Shown: piece after piece, positions 7,653-15,901 of the stretch
How the letters are laid out: the number at the start of each line of letters is the position of its first letter
How positions within the stretch are numbered: position 1 is the first letter of the stretch
Assembly (NCBI GenBank): GCA_016930595.1
Contig: JAFGGJ010000064.1
Coordinates: forward strand, 1-17,231
Direction of reading: 5' to 3'
Length of the DNA: 17,231 bases
DNA from: Planctomycetota bacterium
Lineage (GTDB): Bacteria; Planctomycetota; SZUA-567; JAFGGJ01
Made by a program: the position numbers and the translations under genes
The notes under the pieces: generated by a model
Database searches by the model: none
The model's input: the letters and a program-made list of their open reading frames with translations, nothing else
What the model was told of the DNA's origin: nothing

Positions 7653-9185
7653 ATGCCTCCGACACCGGTAAGTCTCGGTATGCTTCTGGGAGCAATCGTA
7701 ATAGTGCTGCTGCTGACGTTCGTGTCACGGTACAAGCGTTGCCCGTCGAACAAGATACTGGTTGTGTACGGTCGGACGGGCAAGGGGGCGGCGAAGTGCA
7801 TCCACGGCGGGGCGGCGTTCGTATGGCCGGTATTCCAGTCGTACGACTGGCTGGACCTGGATCCGTTCGTGGTGCCGATAGAGCTGAAAAGCGCCCTGTC
7901 GCAGGAGAACATCCGGGTCTCGGTGCCGACGACGGTGACGGCGGCGATAAGCACGGAAAGCGGGATAATGCAGAGCGCCGCGATACGCCTGCTGGGGCTG
8001 AGGCGAGCGGAAATCGAAAGCCAGGCGCAGGACATCATCCTGGGGCAGATGCGCGCAGTGATAGCCACGATGGGGATAGAGGAAATCAACCGGGACCGGC
8101 AGGCGTTCATGGCAAAGGTGAACGACGCCGTGTCGCTGGAACTGGAGAAGATCGGGCTGGCGGTAATAAACGTCAACATAAAGGACATCGAGGACGAAAG
8201 CGGGTACATCCAGGCGCTGGGACGGAAGGCGGCGGCGGAAGCGGTCAACCAGGCGCTGATCGACGTGGCCGAACAGGAGAAGCTGGGCCAGACGGGTGTT
8301 GCGGAACGCGAAAGGGACCGCCGGCGCGCTGTAGCGAAGGCGAACGCCGAAGCGTCCATAGGAGAAGCCGAAGCGGAGAAGGAAAGACGCAAGGCGGTGG
8401 CGGCAGCCGAGGCGGACGCGGCGGTAGGGGAAGCCGACGCGAACAAAACGCAAAGGCAGGAGACGGCGACTCTCGACGCGCAGGCCGTGGAAAGGGAAAC
8501 GGAGGCCGACGCACAGAAAGCATCCTACCGAGCCAACCAGAAGGTGGCGGAGGAAGAAGCGCGCAACAGGGGGCAGGTGGCACAGATGCAGGCAGACGGT
8601 TCGATAAGGGTAGCGGAACAGGACGCGCAACGTGCGGCGGAAGAGGCGAGGGCAAAACGTGAAGAAGCACGCCTGAAAGCAGAACTGGTGGTACCCGCAC
8701 AGGCAGCCCGTGAGAAGGCCGTGGTGGACGCGGACGCCCAGCGCCAGCAGCGGGTGCTGGTTGCGAACGGGGAAGGCGAAGCGACGGTCATTAAGATGGA
8801 AGCGGAAGCGAAGGGCGTCCAGGCCATACTGGACGGGAAGGCAAAGGGCTATGATTCGCTGGTGAAGGCGGTGGGAGAGAACCCGGAACTGACGGCGGCG
8901 TTCCTGCTGATCGAGAAACTGACGGACGTGGCCGGCATCCAGGCACAGGCGATACAGGACCTGCCGATAGAAAAAGTGATGATCTGGGACGGCGGGGGCG
9001 AAGGCGGCATGGCGAACCTCGGCAAGCGCGTAATGGGGGCACTGCCGCCGATGCACGACCTTGCGAAACTGGTGGGACTGGAGCTTCCGGAATACCTCGG
9101 CAGCGCGGCAGGCAAAAAGGAGAAAGCCGACGAGGACGAACCCGGAGAAACGTCTGCATCCAGGAAGAAGCCTGCCAGGAAATAG
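7653..9185 (+). CDS. Flotillin-family SPFH/band-7 protein (YqiK/FloT-like).
   Basis: 510 aa. N-terminal TM helix, then an SPFH domain (VVYGRTGKGAAKCIHGGAAFVWPV...), then a long Ala/Glu-rich coiled-coil and a conserved flotillin C-terminus. The start codon is translationally coupled to the NfeD-like gene. Confidence 0.9.
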   Translation: MPPTPVSLGMLLGAIVIVLLLTFVSRYKRCPSNKILVVYGRTGKGAAKCIHGGAAFVWPVFQSYDWLDLDPFVVPIELKSALSQENIRVSVPTTVTAAISTESGIMQSAAIRLLGLRRAEIESQAQDIILGQMRAVIATMGIEEINRDRQAFMAKVNDAVSLELEKIGLAVINVNIKDIEDESGYIQALGRKAAAEAVNQALIDVAEQEKLGQTGVAERERDRRRAVAKANAEASIGEAEAEKERRKAVAAAEADAAVGEADANKTQRQETATLDAQAVERETEADAQKASYRANQKVAEEEARNRGQVAQMQADGSIRVAEQDAQRAAEEARAKREEARLKAELVVPAQAAREKAVVDADAQRQQRVLVANGEGEATVIKMEAEAKGVQAILDGKAKGYDSLVKAVGENPELTAAFLLIEKLTDVAGIQAQAIQDLPIEKVMIWDGGGEGGMANLGKRVMGALPPMHDLAKLVGLELPEYLGSAAGKKEKADEDEPGETSASRKKPARK

Positions 9186-9319
9186 AGTGCTACACGGGGA
9201 GCCGGTCCGGATTGAGGCCGGGGCAACGGGGAGAAAGCCCCTTGACGCGCCGCTCAGGCGTGCAAGACTGTAGACGGTTAAAGTGGGACATTGCAGGCTC
9301 GGTAGGAGAGGGAAACGCT

Positions 9320-12241
9320 ATGCGTCTTCTGTCAGGTGTAGTCATTTCCATGATAGTGCTTGGGGCGGCGTCGGTCCGCGCGGGAGCGGCAGAAGGAGAA
9401 GGACGAACGGGACAGCGCAGGCTGTTCAGTTTCGAGAGCGCCGGCGAAGTGGAGCAGTTGATGCACGAAGCGGACAACATCGATATAACCGTGGTGCAGG
9501 ACAACTGTGTGACACACGGGGACAACTGCGCCAGGCTGACGTTCAAGAAAGGCGCGGCGTGGGGAAATTTCACACTGGGGCAGGAAGCGATCAAGAACTG
9601 GTCCGACTACGACTACTTTGCGCTGGACCTGTACGTCGAGGACGAGCATCCGTACACATTCGTATTCGAGCTCTGGGACCAGGACAGCACCAACTATCAC
9701 ACTCGCTGCACGTATGAGAGCATAAGAGTCCACCCCGGCAAGCAGACGATAATGTGGCAGATAAACCGATCGAAGAGGAATAACAAGGAAGGAAGGACAT
9801 GGGATGAATTGGAGCCGAAGGACAAGATCAACCTGGACGCGCTAAAGCGGGTCAAGTTGTTCCTGACGCCGCTGAAGGACCGGGACTGCGTGTTCTGGGT
9901 GGACAACTTCAGGCTGCTGCAGGAAGACGCCGCCAAGCCGAAGATGAAGGTATGGCTGCCGCAATCGGCGGCGGCGTTCGACTTCGGGAGCAAGGGAGCG
10001 GTGGTGCCGGGCTTCCAGGGTGTGGACAACAAGACGGTGGCCGGGGGCGCTTCCTTACTCGGCTTTGCATCGTCAGAAGGGCTGGAAGAAGCGGGGATGG
10101 GGTGGCCGGACCCGCTGGCGGGGAAATTCGTGTGGTCACCGGGAAGCGGCGCAATGGAATTCACGGCACCGGTTGCGGACGGGGAGTACAACGCCCTGCT
10201 GATTGCGGGGAAAGTTCTACGGCCGAACATGGGCAACCGGCGCTACCTGTTAAGGTTGAACGACAAGACACTGGATGACGAGACGCCGAGCTTCGAGGAG
10301 TTCTGCTCCGAAAAACATCTCTACCGGTTCATGTGGACGCAGTATTCGGCGAAGGAGAACGCTCTCTGGAATAATTACATCGACCACATGTATCCCAGCC
10401 TAGTGGAGAAGACGACGGTAACGGGAGGGATCCTGAGACTATCTGCGCAGAATTATTTTCTTTCGGCGCTCATCCTGGTGCCTGCTGCGCAGGAGGAGGA
10501 CTTCCGAAAGATGCTGTCCGGAATAAAGGAGAAGCGGGTAGAGGCATTCAGCAATTCTTTCTACAGCCCCAAGCGCCCGGTACAGGAAAGAAAACCCGGC
10601 GACCCCAGCCACATCGTGTACGTACCCGACCACTGGGCCACGGTGATGCCGTGGACAAGCCCTTCGGCGAGGGAACGCGCAAGAACCGTGCTGGAGACGG
10701 CGGGTGCGCCGGGGCAGAGAGTAGTCATGCGGATTGCGGTACTGCCGTACGAAGACCTCGGGAAATGCCGTCTGAAACTGCACGACCTGCAGGGACCGGG
10801 GAAGCTGCCCGCAGAAAATATCGAGGGACACTTTCAGAACTACCGCTCCGACGGGGAGAGTGTTGCGGCAGACGTGCTGCTGCCATCGCTGGAGCTCGAT
10901 GTCGAGAAGAACGTGACACAATGCTTCTGGCTGTGGATGAAGATACCGGAAGACGCTGCGCCGGGAGACTATTACGGGCTGTTCGAGTTCAGCGGTGCAC
11001 CCAGGATGTCGACGGTGATACCGGTGAAGTGCACGGTGTATCCGTTCAATCTGGAAAAGAAGCTGCCGGTATCCTACGGGATGTATTACGGCGGGAGGGG
11101 TAATCCGTCGTTCCCGGAGGAAGTGAGGCGGCAGAAGTACAAGGAACAGCTGGAATGGATGCGCGAGATCGGGTTCACAGCGGTACCGGTGGGAGGACCT
11201 GCGGTAACGAGCGTGGACATACGGGCACGCAAGGCGACGCTGCGGTTCGACACAACGTTCTACGAACTGGCCCGTGAAGTCGGGATGGGCCAGACTCCGG
11301 ACCAGAAGCTGATGGCAGTACAGCTTGGGCTTGCGAGATCGATCGGGAGACGGCTGCCTGGAAGCATTGGGGCGAAGGTGGACCAGAATCCCGGGCTGGA
11401 GTTGAAACAACCCGAGTTCGAAGAGATCTACATGGACGGGCTCAGACAGTACAAAGAATTTCTGGACCGGATGGGAATGCCGGTGGCAGTGGAAATAGTG
11501 GACGAACCCCGGGAAGTGCCGAACCCGTGGAACCGGAACCTGGCGGATACGATAGCCTACGGAGACATGATGCACGCCGTAGGGATAACTTCTTTTGTGA
11601 CGCCGATGGGCGACAGGCAATCAGGGCTGGACTACACGGTTCTTGCTGAGCATGCGGACATCATATCAGTCCATGCCGGTCAGGGGTCGAAGGGGCTCGT
11701 GGAACACACTCGGGCCAAGGGAAAGACGCTGTGGTTCTACAACACCGGCAAAGACCGGTATTCATGGGGCTTCTATAACTGGCGGATGGAATCAAAAGGG
11801 CGGTGGGAGTGGCACTTCAACTGGCTGGGAGACGGCGGAGGCAAGGGGGGGTATCCCGGGGACGAATGGTACAACCCCTTCGTGGCACGGCACGGTTACG
11901 CGCCCAACGCCCCCTATTCCAAGTACCGCGGCGGGATGCTGTACCAGGACGAATACCTGAACATCGCCGAGGGCATAAACGACTACGCGTACCTGATGAC
12001 GCTCGAGAAGGCAATAGAGAGGAACCAGGTGAAGGGCTACCCGATCCCGCGCACGCAGAAGGCGGCAGCGTTCCTGGAGGCACTGAAGAAGGCGATTCCC
12101 GAGTATCCGAGAGTGAAAGGGATAGCGAGCGAAGCCGACGGGGCACTGGTTGGCATGGGTATCGAAGACGAAGCCGCCCACATGGTGGACCAGTGGCGCT
12201 CCAAGATAGCCGGGCTTATCATCGAGGTGATGAACGAATAA
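9320..12241 (+). CDS. Large secreted multidomain protein (974 aa): N-terminal signal peptide, galactose-binding-like/CBM-like beta-sandwich, central domain and a C-terminal TIM-barrel-like region. Function unknown, possibly carbohydrate-active.
   Basis: ORF 9212-12241. I prefer ATG 9320 (MRLLSGVVISMIVLGAASVRA signal peptide) with GGAGAGGG 7 nt upstream. The N-terminal FESAGEVEQL...DYFALDLYVE...VFWVDNFRLL resembles CBM/discoidin-like domains. VAVEIVDEPRE may be a glycosidase-like acid/base motif. No family could be assigned. Confidence 0.7.
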   Translation: MRLLSGVVISMIVLGAASVRAGAAEGEGRTGQRRLFSFESAGEVEQLMHEADNIDITVVQDNCVTHGDNCARLTFKKGAAWGNFTLGQEAIKNWSDYDYFALDLYVEDEHPYTFVFELWDQDSTNYHTRCTYESIRVHPGKQTIMWQINRSKRNNKEGRTWDELEPKDKINLDALKRVKLFLTPLKDRDCVFWVDNFRLLQEDAAKPKMKVWLPQSAAAFDFGSKGAVVPGFQGVDNKTVAGGASLLGFASSEGLEEAGMGWPDPLAGKFVWSPGSGAMEFTAPVADGEYNALLIAGKVLRPNMGNRRYLLRLNDKTLDDETPSFEEFCSEKHLYRFMWTQYSAKENALWNNYIDHMYPSLVEKTTVTGGILRLSAQNYFLSALILVPAAQEEDFRKMLSGIKEKRVEAFSNSFYSPKRPVQERKPGDPSHIVYVPDHWATVMPWTSPSARERARTVLETAGAPGQRVVMRIAVLPYEDLGKCRLKLHDLQGPGKLPAENIEGHFQNYRSDGESVAADVLLPSLELDVEKNVTQCFWLWMKIPEDAAPGDYYGLFEFSGAPRMSTVIPVKCTVYPFNLEKKLPVSYGMYYGGRGNPSFPEEVRRQKYKEQLEWMREIGFTAVPVGGPAVTSVDIRARKATLRFDTTFYELAREVGMGQTPDQKLMAVQLGLARSIGRRLPGSIGAKVDQNPGLELKQPEFEEIYMDGLRQYKEFLDRMGMPVAVEIVDEPREVPNPWNRNLADTIAYGDMMHAVGITSFVTPMGDRQSGLDYTVLAEHADIISVHAGQGSKGLVEHTRAKGKTLWFYNTGKDRYSWGFYNWRMESKGRWEWHFNWLGDGGGKGGYPGDEWYNPFVARHGYAPNAPYSKYRGGMLYQDEYLNIAEGINDYAYLMTLEKAIERNQVKGYPIPRTQKAAAFLEALKKAIPEYPRVKGIASEADGALVGMGIEDEAAHMVDQWRSKIAGLIIEVMNE

Positions 12242-12322
12242 GGGGCGTTTCCAAAAGCGCGGACGGCTCCACTGCGCGGGGGCCCGGCGTATTGCGGTCC
12301 GCATCAGAGGCTGGACGAGACC

Positions 12323-13330
12323 ATGTTCAAGTCATCGCGGCAGAAACCAGAGCGAAGAGTCGTGGCAGGAAACGATTGGATACGGCTGGACTTCGACCCG
12401 CGCACGTCAGACACGATGTACAACTACATCTGGGCGAAGCAGCCCCGGACGGGCGCATGGACGCGTGTGCACAACTTCGGCATAGACGTGAGAGGCCCGC
12501 GTCCCGGCGGAGGGGACGAAATCAACTGCGTGGGGATGGAAATGCCGCTGGAGGCGGAAGGTCTGAAAGTAAGTGTACCCTACATATCGCCGCTGGCCCG
12601 ATACAGGCAGTTCGATAAGAATATCGGATCGGCGGAAACGATAGCGAGGTACCCCGACCAGACGCGTGAAGAGATACGGGTCATGGAGCACCTGCCGGCG
12701 TCGCTGGATTTCGAATATGAACTGGATGCCGAAAGACCATGCTATTCGGTGAAAGGCAGGCTGCTGGACGGCGAAGTGAACAACATAGTGTACATAGTAA
12801 GCGCCCTGTGGACCAACAATGAAGAGCTCCCGACGCACGTCTACTACGAAGGGTTCCCCGAATTCGATATAAGTAGGCCGGAGGCGAAGCTTTCACGCAT
12901 GGTGACGGTGGAGAACGTGGGTTACGTCATCTATTACCGTGCAGACGGGAAGGGAGTGCCGTTTGCGATACTGCCGGATATGCCGAAGCAGGCGAACATG
13001 TGCAATTTCTATGACAACAGCGCCTGCAGCGACGAATTCGGCCCGGCGAGCATCAACCAGGCGTTCGTGCCGAAGAACCCGGCAGTAAGGGGATGCAACG
13101 ACAGCGGTTACTACACAACGGCGAACGAGAACGGGACGTTCGACGGGGTAAGGGTCGTATTCTTCCCTGAGTTCAGCTGGCTGGAAAACGGCAGCGGCCG
13201 CGCCCTGCGCGACAGGATCGAGGAGAAAATCCTGGCAGAGTATTCAGAGCGTATCAGGTCGTGGAAGCGGTGGAAAAACTGGATGCCGGCAAAGATAACG
13301 CTCATACAGGAAGTGAAGCAGAGCCCATGA
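12323..13330 (+). CDS. Hypothetical protein (335 aa), Cys-containing, no signal peptide. In frame with the preceding gene and possibly an original C-terminal extension of it.
   Basis: Same reading frame as 9320-12241. The 81-nt gap (12242-12322) has no stop and no alternative start. Only a distant GAGG, 13 nt upstream of the ATG, serves as RBS. The sequence has six Cys and an N/S/T-rich composition typical of extracytoplasmic domains. Confidence 0.55.
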   Translation: MFKSSRQKPERRVVAGNDWIRLDFDPRTSDTMYNYIWAKQPRTGAWTRVHNFGIDVRGPRPGGGDEINCVGMEMPLEAEGLKVSVPYISPLARYRQFDKNIGSAETIARYPDQTREEIRVMEHLPASLDFEYELDAERPCYSVKGRLLDGEVNNIVYIVSALWTNNEELPTHVYYEGFPEFDISRPEAKLSRMVTVENVGYVIYYRADGKGVPFAILPDMPKQANMCNFYDNSACSDEFGPASINQAFVPKNPAVRGCNDSGYYTTANENGTFDGVRVVFFPEFSWLENGSGRALRDRIEEKILAEYSERIRSWKRWKNWMPAKITLIQEVKQSP

Positions 13331-13428
13331 GCGCAGGCATCAGAACGATCCCGCTACGGTGATCGTCGCCGTGCATACATGGCGGTGCTACGAGCGACCT
13401 GGGGATTCAAGCTGCGCACGAAGGCAAA

Positions 13429-14076
13429 TCAGGGTGCTTCCTGCGGTTCCGACTTGATCTTTGCAATGGTTTCCTGGAGTTCGTGGAAGAGACGGAAGTC
13501 GGCTTCGGCAAGGTGTTCCTTGGCTATGGATGCTGACAGGGTATCAGCCAGAGATTTGACGGTACCGGCCATCACGGGGACATTTTCGGTTTCGTGTATG
13601 AGGGTATCCAGATCGACCAGTTGGAGGTAAAGGGCGTTGGCCCAGAAGACTTTCTGGACGTCGTCGTCGTAGTTGGCCGGGTCGGGATAGCCGCTGTCTT
13701 TCACAACGGCGGCAATAGCTTCATTGAGCGGCGGCTGGGGCTTTTCACCGGCGGTTATCCTGTCCATATAGTCCCTGGTGGTACGGACGACCCTGGCATT
13801 CAGTTCCATGAGCTGAACGACCCGGTCGCGCGTATAAACCGGCTGCAGGCCGGAAAGACCGCCGGAAACGGCCTTGAGGGCTTTTTCGGGAAATTGCCTT
13901 ACGTGCTTTTCCTCGGCGGTTTCATCAACCACGGGCGGAGCGGTAGAATCCGCCTGAGCAGCCGGGGTTTCGGCCACATCGTGCACGTCTCCAGACGCAG
14001 CAGGCCTGACGGAGGGCCTGCCCGCACAACCGGCCACGGCGACAACTAACACGCCAACCACGATGAACCTCGACAT
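13429..14076 (-). CDS. Small lipoprotein of unknown function.
   Basis: 215 aa. ATG start with AGGAG upstream. N-terminus MSRFIVVGVLVVAVAGCAG has lipobox V-A-G-C. It lies 55 nt downstream of the FAD oxidoreductase gene on the same strand. Confidence 0.65.
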   Translation of the reverse strand: MSRFIVVGVLVVAVAGCAGRPSVRPAASGDVHDVAETPAAQADSTAPPVVDETAEEKHVRQFPEKALKAVSGGLSGLQPVYTRDRVVQLMELNARVVRTTRDYMDRITAGEKPQPPLNEAIAAVVKDSGYPDPANYDDDVQKVFWANALYLQLVDLDTLIHETENVPVMAGTVKSLADTLSASIAKEHLAEADFRLFHELQETIAKIKSEPQEAP

Positions 14077-14131
14077 ACGTCACTCCTTTCAACACAACCA
14101 GGATGTCCAACGCTACACCCCGCCGGCAACA

Positions 14132-15478
14132 TCAAATGATAAAAGATCCCGTATCAGCCATGACCCGGCGCAGTTTGCCGGTGTCCACATTCGCGACGCT
14201 GACGGCGTCGGTGAGAGCGAGCGCCGCGGCGGATCCGGCGGCTTCGCCCGTCTGGTTACAGTTTACCATCACCCTCACGGCGCCGTATGCGCCGCGGTCG
14301 GCATCAATCAGCCGGCCGGCCACAAGCACGTTGCGTGAGTTCAGCGGGACCAGGCTCCTGTAGGGGATTTGGTAAAATGTGGGATTCTCGGCGGTTTCCG
14401 GCCGCCAGCGGCTTTCCACGGTCGGCCTGCCCGGAACGCAGTATTCCTCCCTGCCGTCAAGGTAGCGGAACGTGATGCCTGGCTTGTCCGTGTGGTGCAC
14501 GTCCACGCGGTAGGAGCCATTAGCTATAGCGTCGTCGAAACGGACGCCGTTGAGCACTTCCTGTTCAGTGAGCCTGTGGAGACAAACGGCATGACGGGTC
14601 TCCCTGATACCAAGGGAGGCCGGGAGCGCCGAGAGGGCGATATTACGGCATTCCGGAATGTGTTCCCGGGCGATATCAAGGATGGCGCGCACCTGGCGGC
14701 GGCCTTCCATTTCAGCGCCGGTCAGCGAATCGGCATCGCTGCAATCGGCACCCGGGACCCGTGTAGCTGCGAGCATGTGCACACCCGGCGAACCGCACAC
14801 TGGAGTGCCCCACATGAAGCCGAGAGGTATCATGTCGTTGAAGCGTCCTGAAAAAACCAGTTTTCTGATGGCGGAGGCGGCGGCGCCGTCGATGCCGGAG
14901 AACCACGCCGTAGTAGTGGGCGGCTGGAGGTCGGTGCGCTTTTCGCACTCGAGTGGAATCCGTGCTATCAGGTCACCATCGCCCGACGCGTCTATGAACA
15001 TGCGGGCCTTGACCGCACGCCGTCCGGTTTTGTCTTCCAGCACAGCAGCGGTAACGGTTCCATTATGAACCAGCGGTTTAACAAAACGTGCATGAAGGAA
15101 AGGCAGCACGGCGTGTTCACGAACGAGCTCATCAAGTTCGATAACCAGTTCCGCCGGGTTGAGGTTATAATGGCTGTGAGCGGAAGGGCCTTTATCAACA
15201 ACGGCGCCACGGCGCTTCAGCCTGTCAACAATCTCCATAGTCAGGCCACCGATAACCTGCTTTCTGAAAACCGTATCAAGGCTGCTGTGCCAGATATTGA
15301 CGAGGGCAGCCGTAGCCATTCCTCCGAAAAAGCCATTTGCTTCGATGACCGCCGCGCTCAAGCCCTGCCTGGCAGCGGCCACGGCTGCGAAAACGCCGGT
15401 GCAGCTGCCGCCCACTACACACAGATCCACATCGGCAGCAACCGGGACATCACAAGCGGCTTCATGTACCGTGGGCAC
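14132..15478 (-). CDS. FAD-dependent oxidoreductase (pfam12831 / FAD_oxidored-like, often mis-annotated as xanthan lyase).
   Basis: 448 aa. GTG start with a strong TAAGGAGAA SD 4 nt upstream. N-terminal Rossmann dinucleotide-binding motif DLCVVGGSCTGVFAAVAAARQG. Overall architecture is typical of PVC-lineage FAD oxidoreductases that cluster with sulfatases and glycoside hydrolases. Confidence 0.85.
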   Translation of the reverse strand: MPTVHEAACDVPVAADVDLCVVGGSCTGVFAAVAAARQGLSAAVIEANGFFGGMATAALVNIWHSSLDTVFRKQVIGGLTMEIVDRLKRRGAVVDKGPSAHSHYNLNPAELVIELDELVREHAVLPFLHARFVKPLVHNGTVTAAVLEDKTGRRAVKARMFIDASGDGDLIARIPLECEKRTDLQPPTTTAWFSGIDGAAASAIRKLVFSGRFNDMIPLGFMWGTPVCGSPGVHMLAATRVPGADCSDADSLTGAEMEGRRQVRAILDIAREHIPECRNIALSALPASLGIRETRHAVCLHRLTEQEVLNGVRFDDAIANGSYRVDVHHTDKPGITFRYLDGREEYCVPGRPTVESRWRPETAENPTFYQIPYRSLVPLNSRNVLVAGRLIDADRGAYGAVRVMVNCNQTGEAAGSAAALALTDAVSVANVDTGKLRRVMADTGSFII

Positions 15479-15506
15479 TCAGTTCTCCTTACCCTGAAAA
15501 ACAGCT

Positions 15507-15535
15507 ATTCTATATACGGGCATGAAACCAATCAA
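15507..15535 (-). promoter_or_regulatory. Candidate promoter of the FAD-oxidoreductase/lipoprotein operon (TTGATT-N17-TAGAAT, minus sense).
   Basis: Revcomp of 15530-15535 is TTGATT and revcomp of 15507-15512 is TAGAAT, with a 17-nt spacer. Located in a 124-nt divergent intergenic region. Confidence 0.3.
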
Positions 15536-15602
15536 GCAGCTGTACGACATGGTATTGCACCGACCGAAGGGTATACTGTTGGTGTGAACGGGAGCGGGCA
15601 GC

Positions 15603-15896
15603 ATGGCACTCAAGAAAGAAATGTGCATAAACCACCCTGACAGGCCTGCAATCGGCGTGTGCGTAATGACGGGCAAGGCAATATGCGCCGAATGTTCGAC
15701 ACGATATGAAGGGGTCAACTACAGCAAGGAAGGGCTGCGGATGCTGCAGGCGCAGCGTGCGCTGGAAGCCGGTTCCACAGATGCGCCGGGCATGCTCTTT
15801 ACAGTAGGCATGATCGTGCTTTCGCCGCTATTTCTGTTCCTGCTGTACCTGTTCTATTACTACAGTCTCGAAGCACTGCTGAACATCGGGACCTGA
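15603..15896 (+). CDS. Small membrane-anchored zinc-ribbon/B-box-like protein (97 aa).
   Basis: Cytoplasmic N-terminus with C-x2-H-x8-C-x7-C-x2-C (CINHPDRPAIGVCVMTGKAICAEC). One C-terminal TM helix (MLFTVGMIVLSPLFLFLLYLFYYY). GGGAGCGGG sits upstream of the ATG. A 5-nt gap separates it from the next gene. Confidence 0.55.
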   Translation: MALKKEMCINHPDRPAIGVCVMTGKAICAECSTRYEGVNYSKEGLRMLQAQRALEAGSTDAPGMLFTVGMIVLSPLFLFLLYLFYYYSLEALLNIGT

Positions 15897-15901
15897 GCGA
15901 C

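Noticed and set aside
7725-9056. 443-aa ORF, and the overlapping 7370-8446 and 8245-8700 ORFs, antisense to NfeD/flotillin.
   Set aside because: Their R/H/P/L-rich junk translations lie opposite a well-supported flotillin gene, so I read them as GC3-bias artefacts.
10439-12618. ORFs 10439-11620 (-), 11792-12304 (-) and 11803-12618 (+) overlapping the large secreted-protein gene.
   Set aside because: Overlapping or antisense frames with arginine-rich low-complexity translations. The + strand frame starting at 9320 has a signal peptide and domain-like composition.
13331-13428. Possible bidirectional terminator between convergent genes (hairpin acgatc...gatcgt around 13344-13367).
   Set aside because: Only a 6-bp mixed-composition stem with a 10-nt loop and no flanking T/A runs. 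Too weak to call.
15603-15896. Idea that the small zinc-ribbon/TM protein is a ZAS-type anti-sigma factor.
   Set aside because: The cysteine/histidine spacing does not fit H-x3-C-x2-C, and no sigma-factor gene is adjacent. Kept only as a generic membrane-anchored zinc-ribbon protein.
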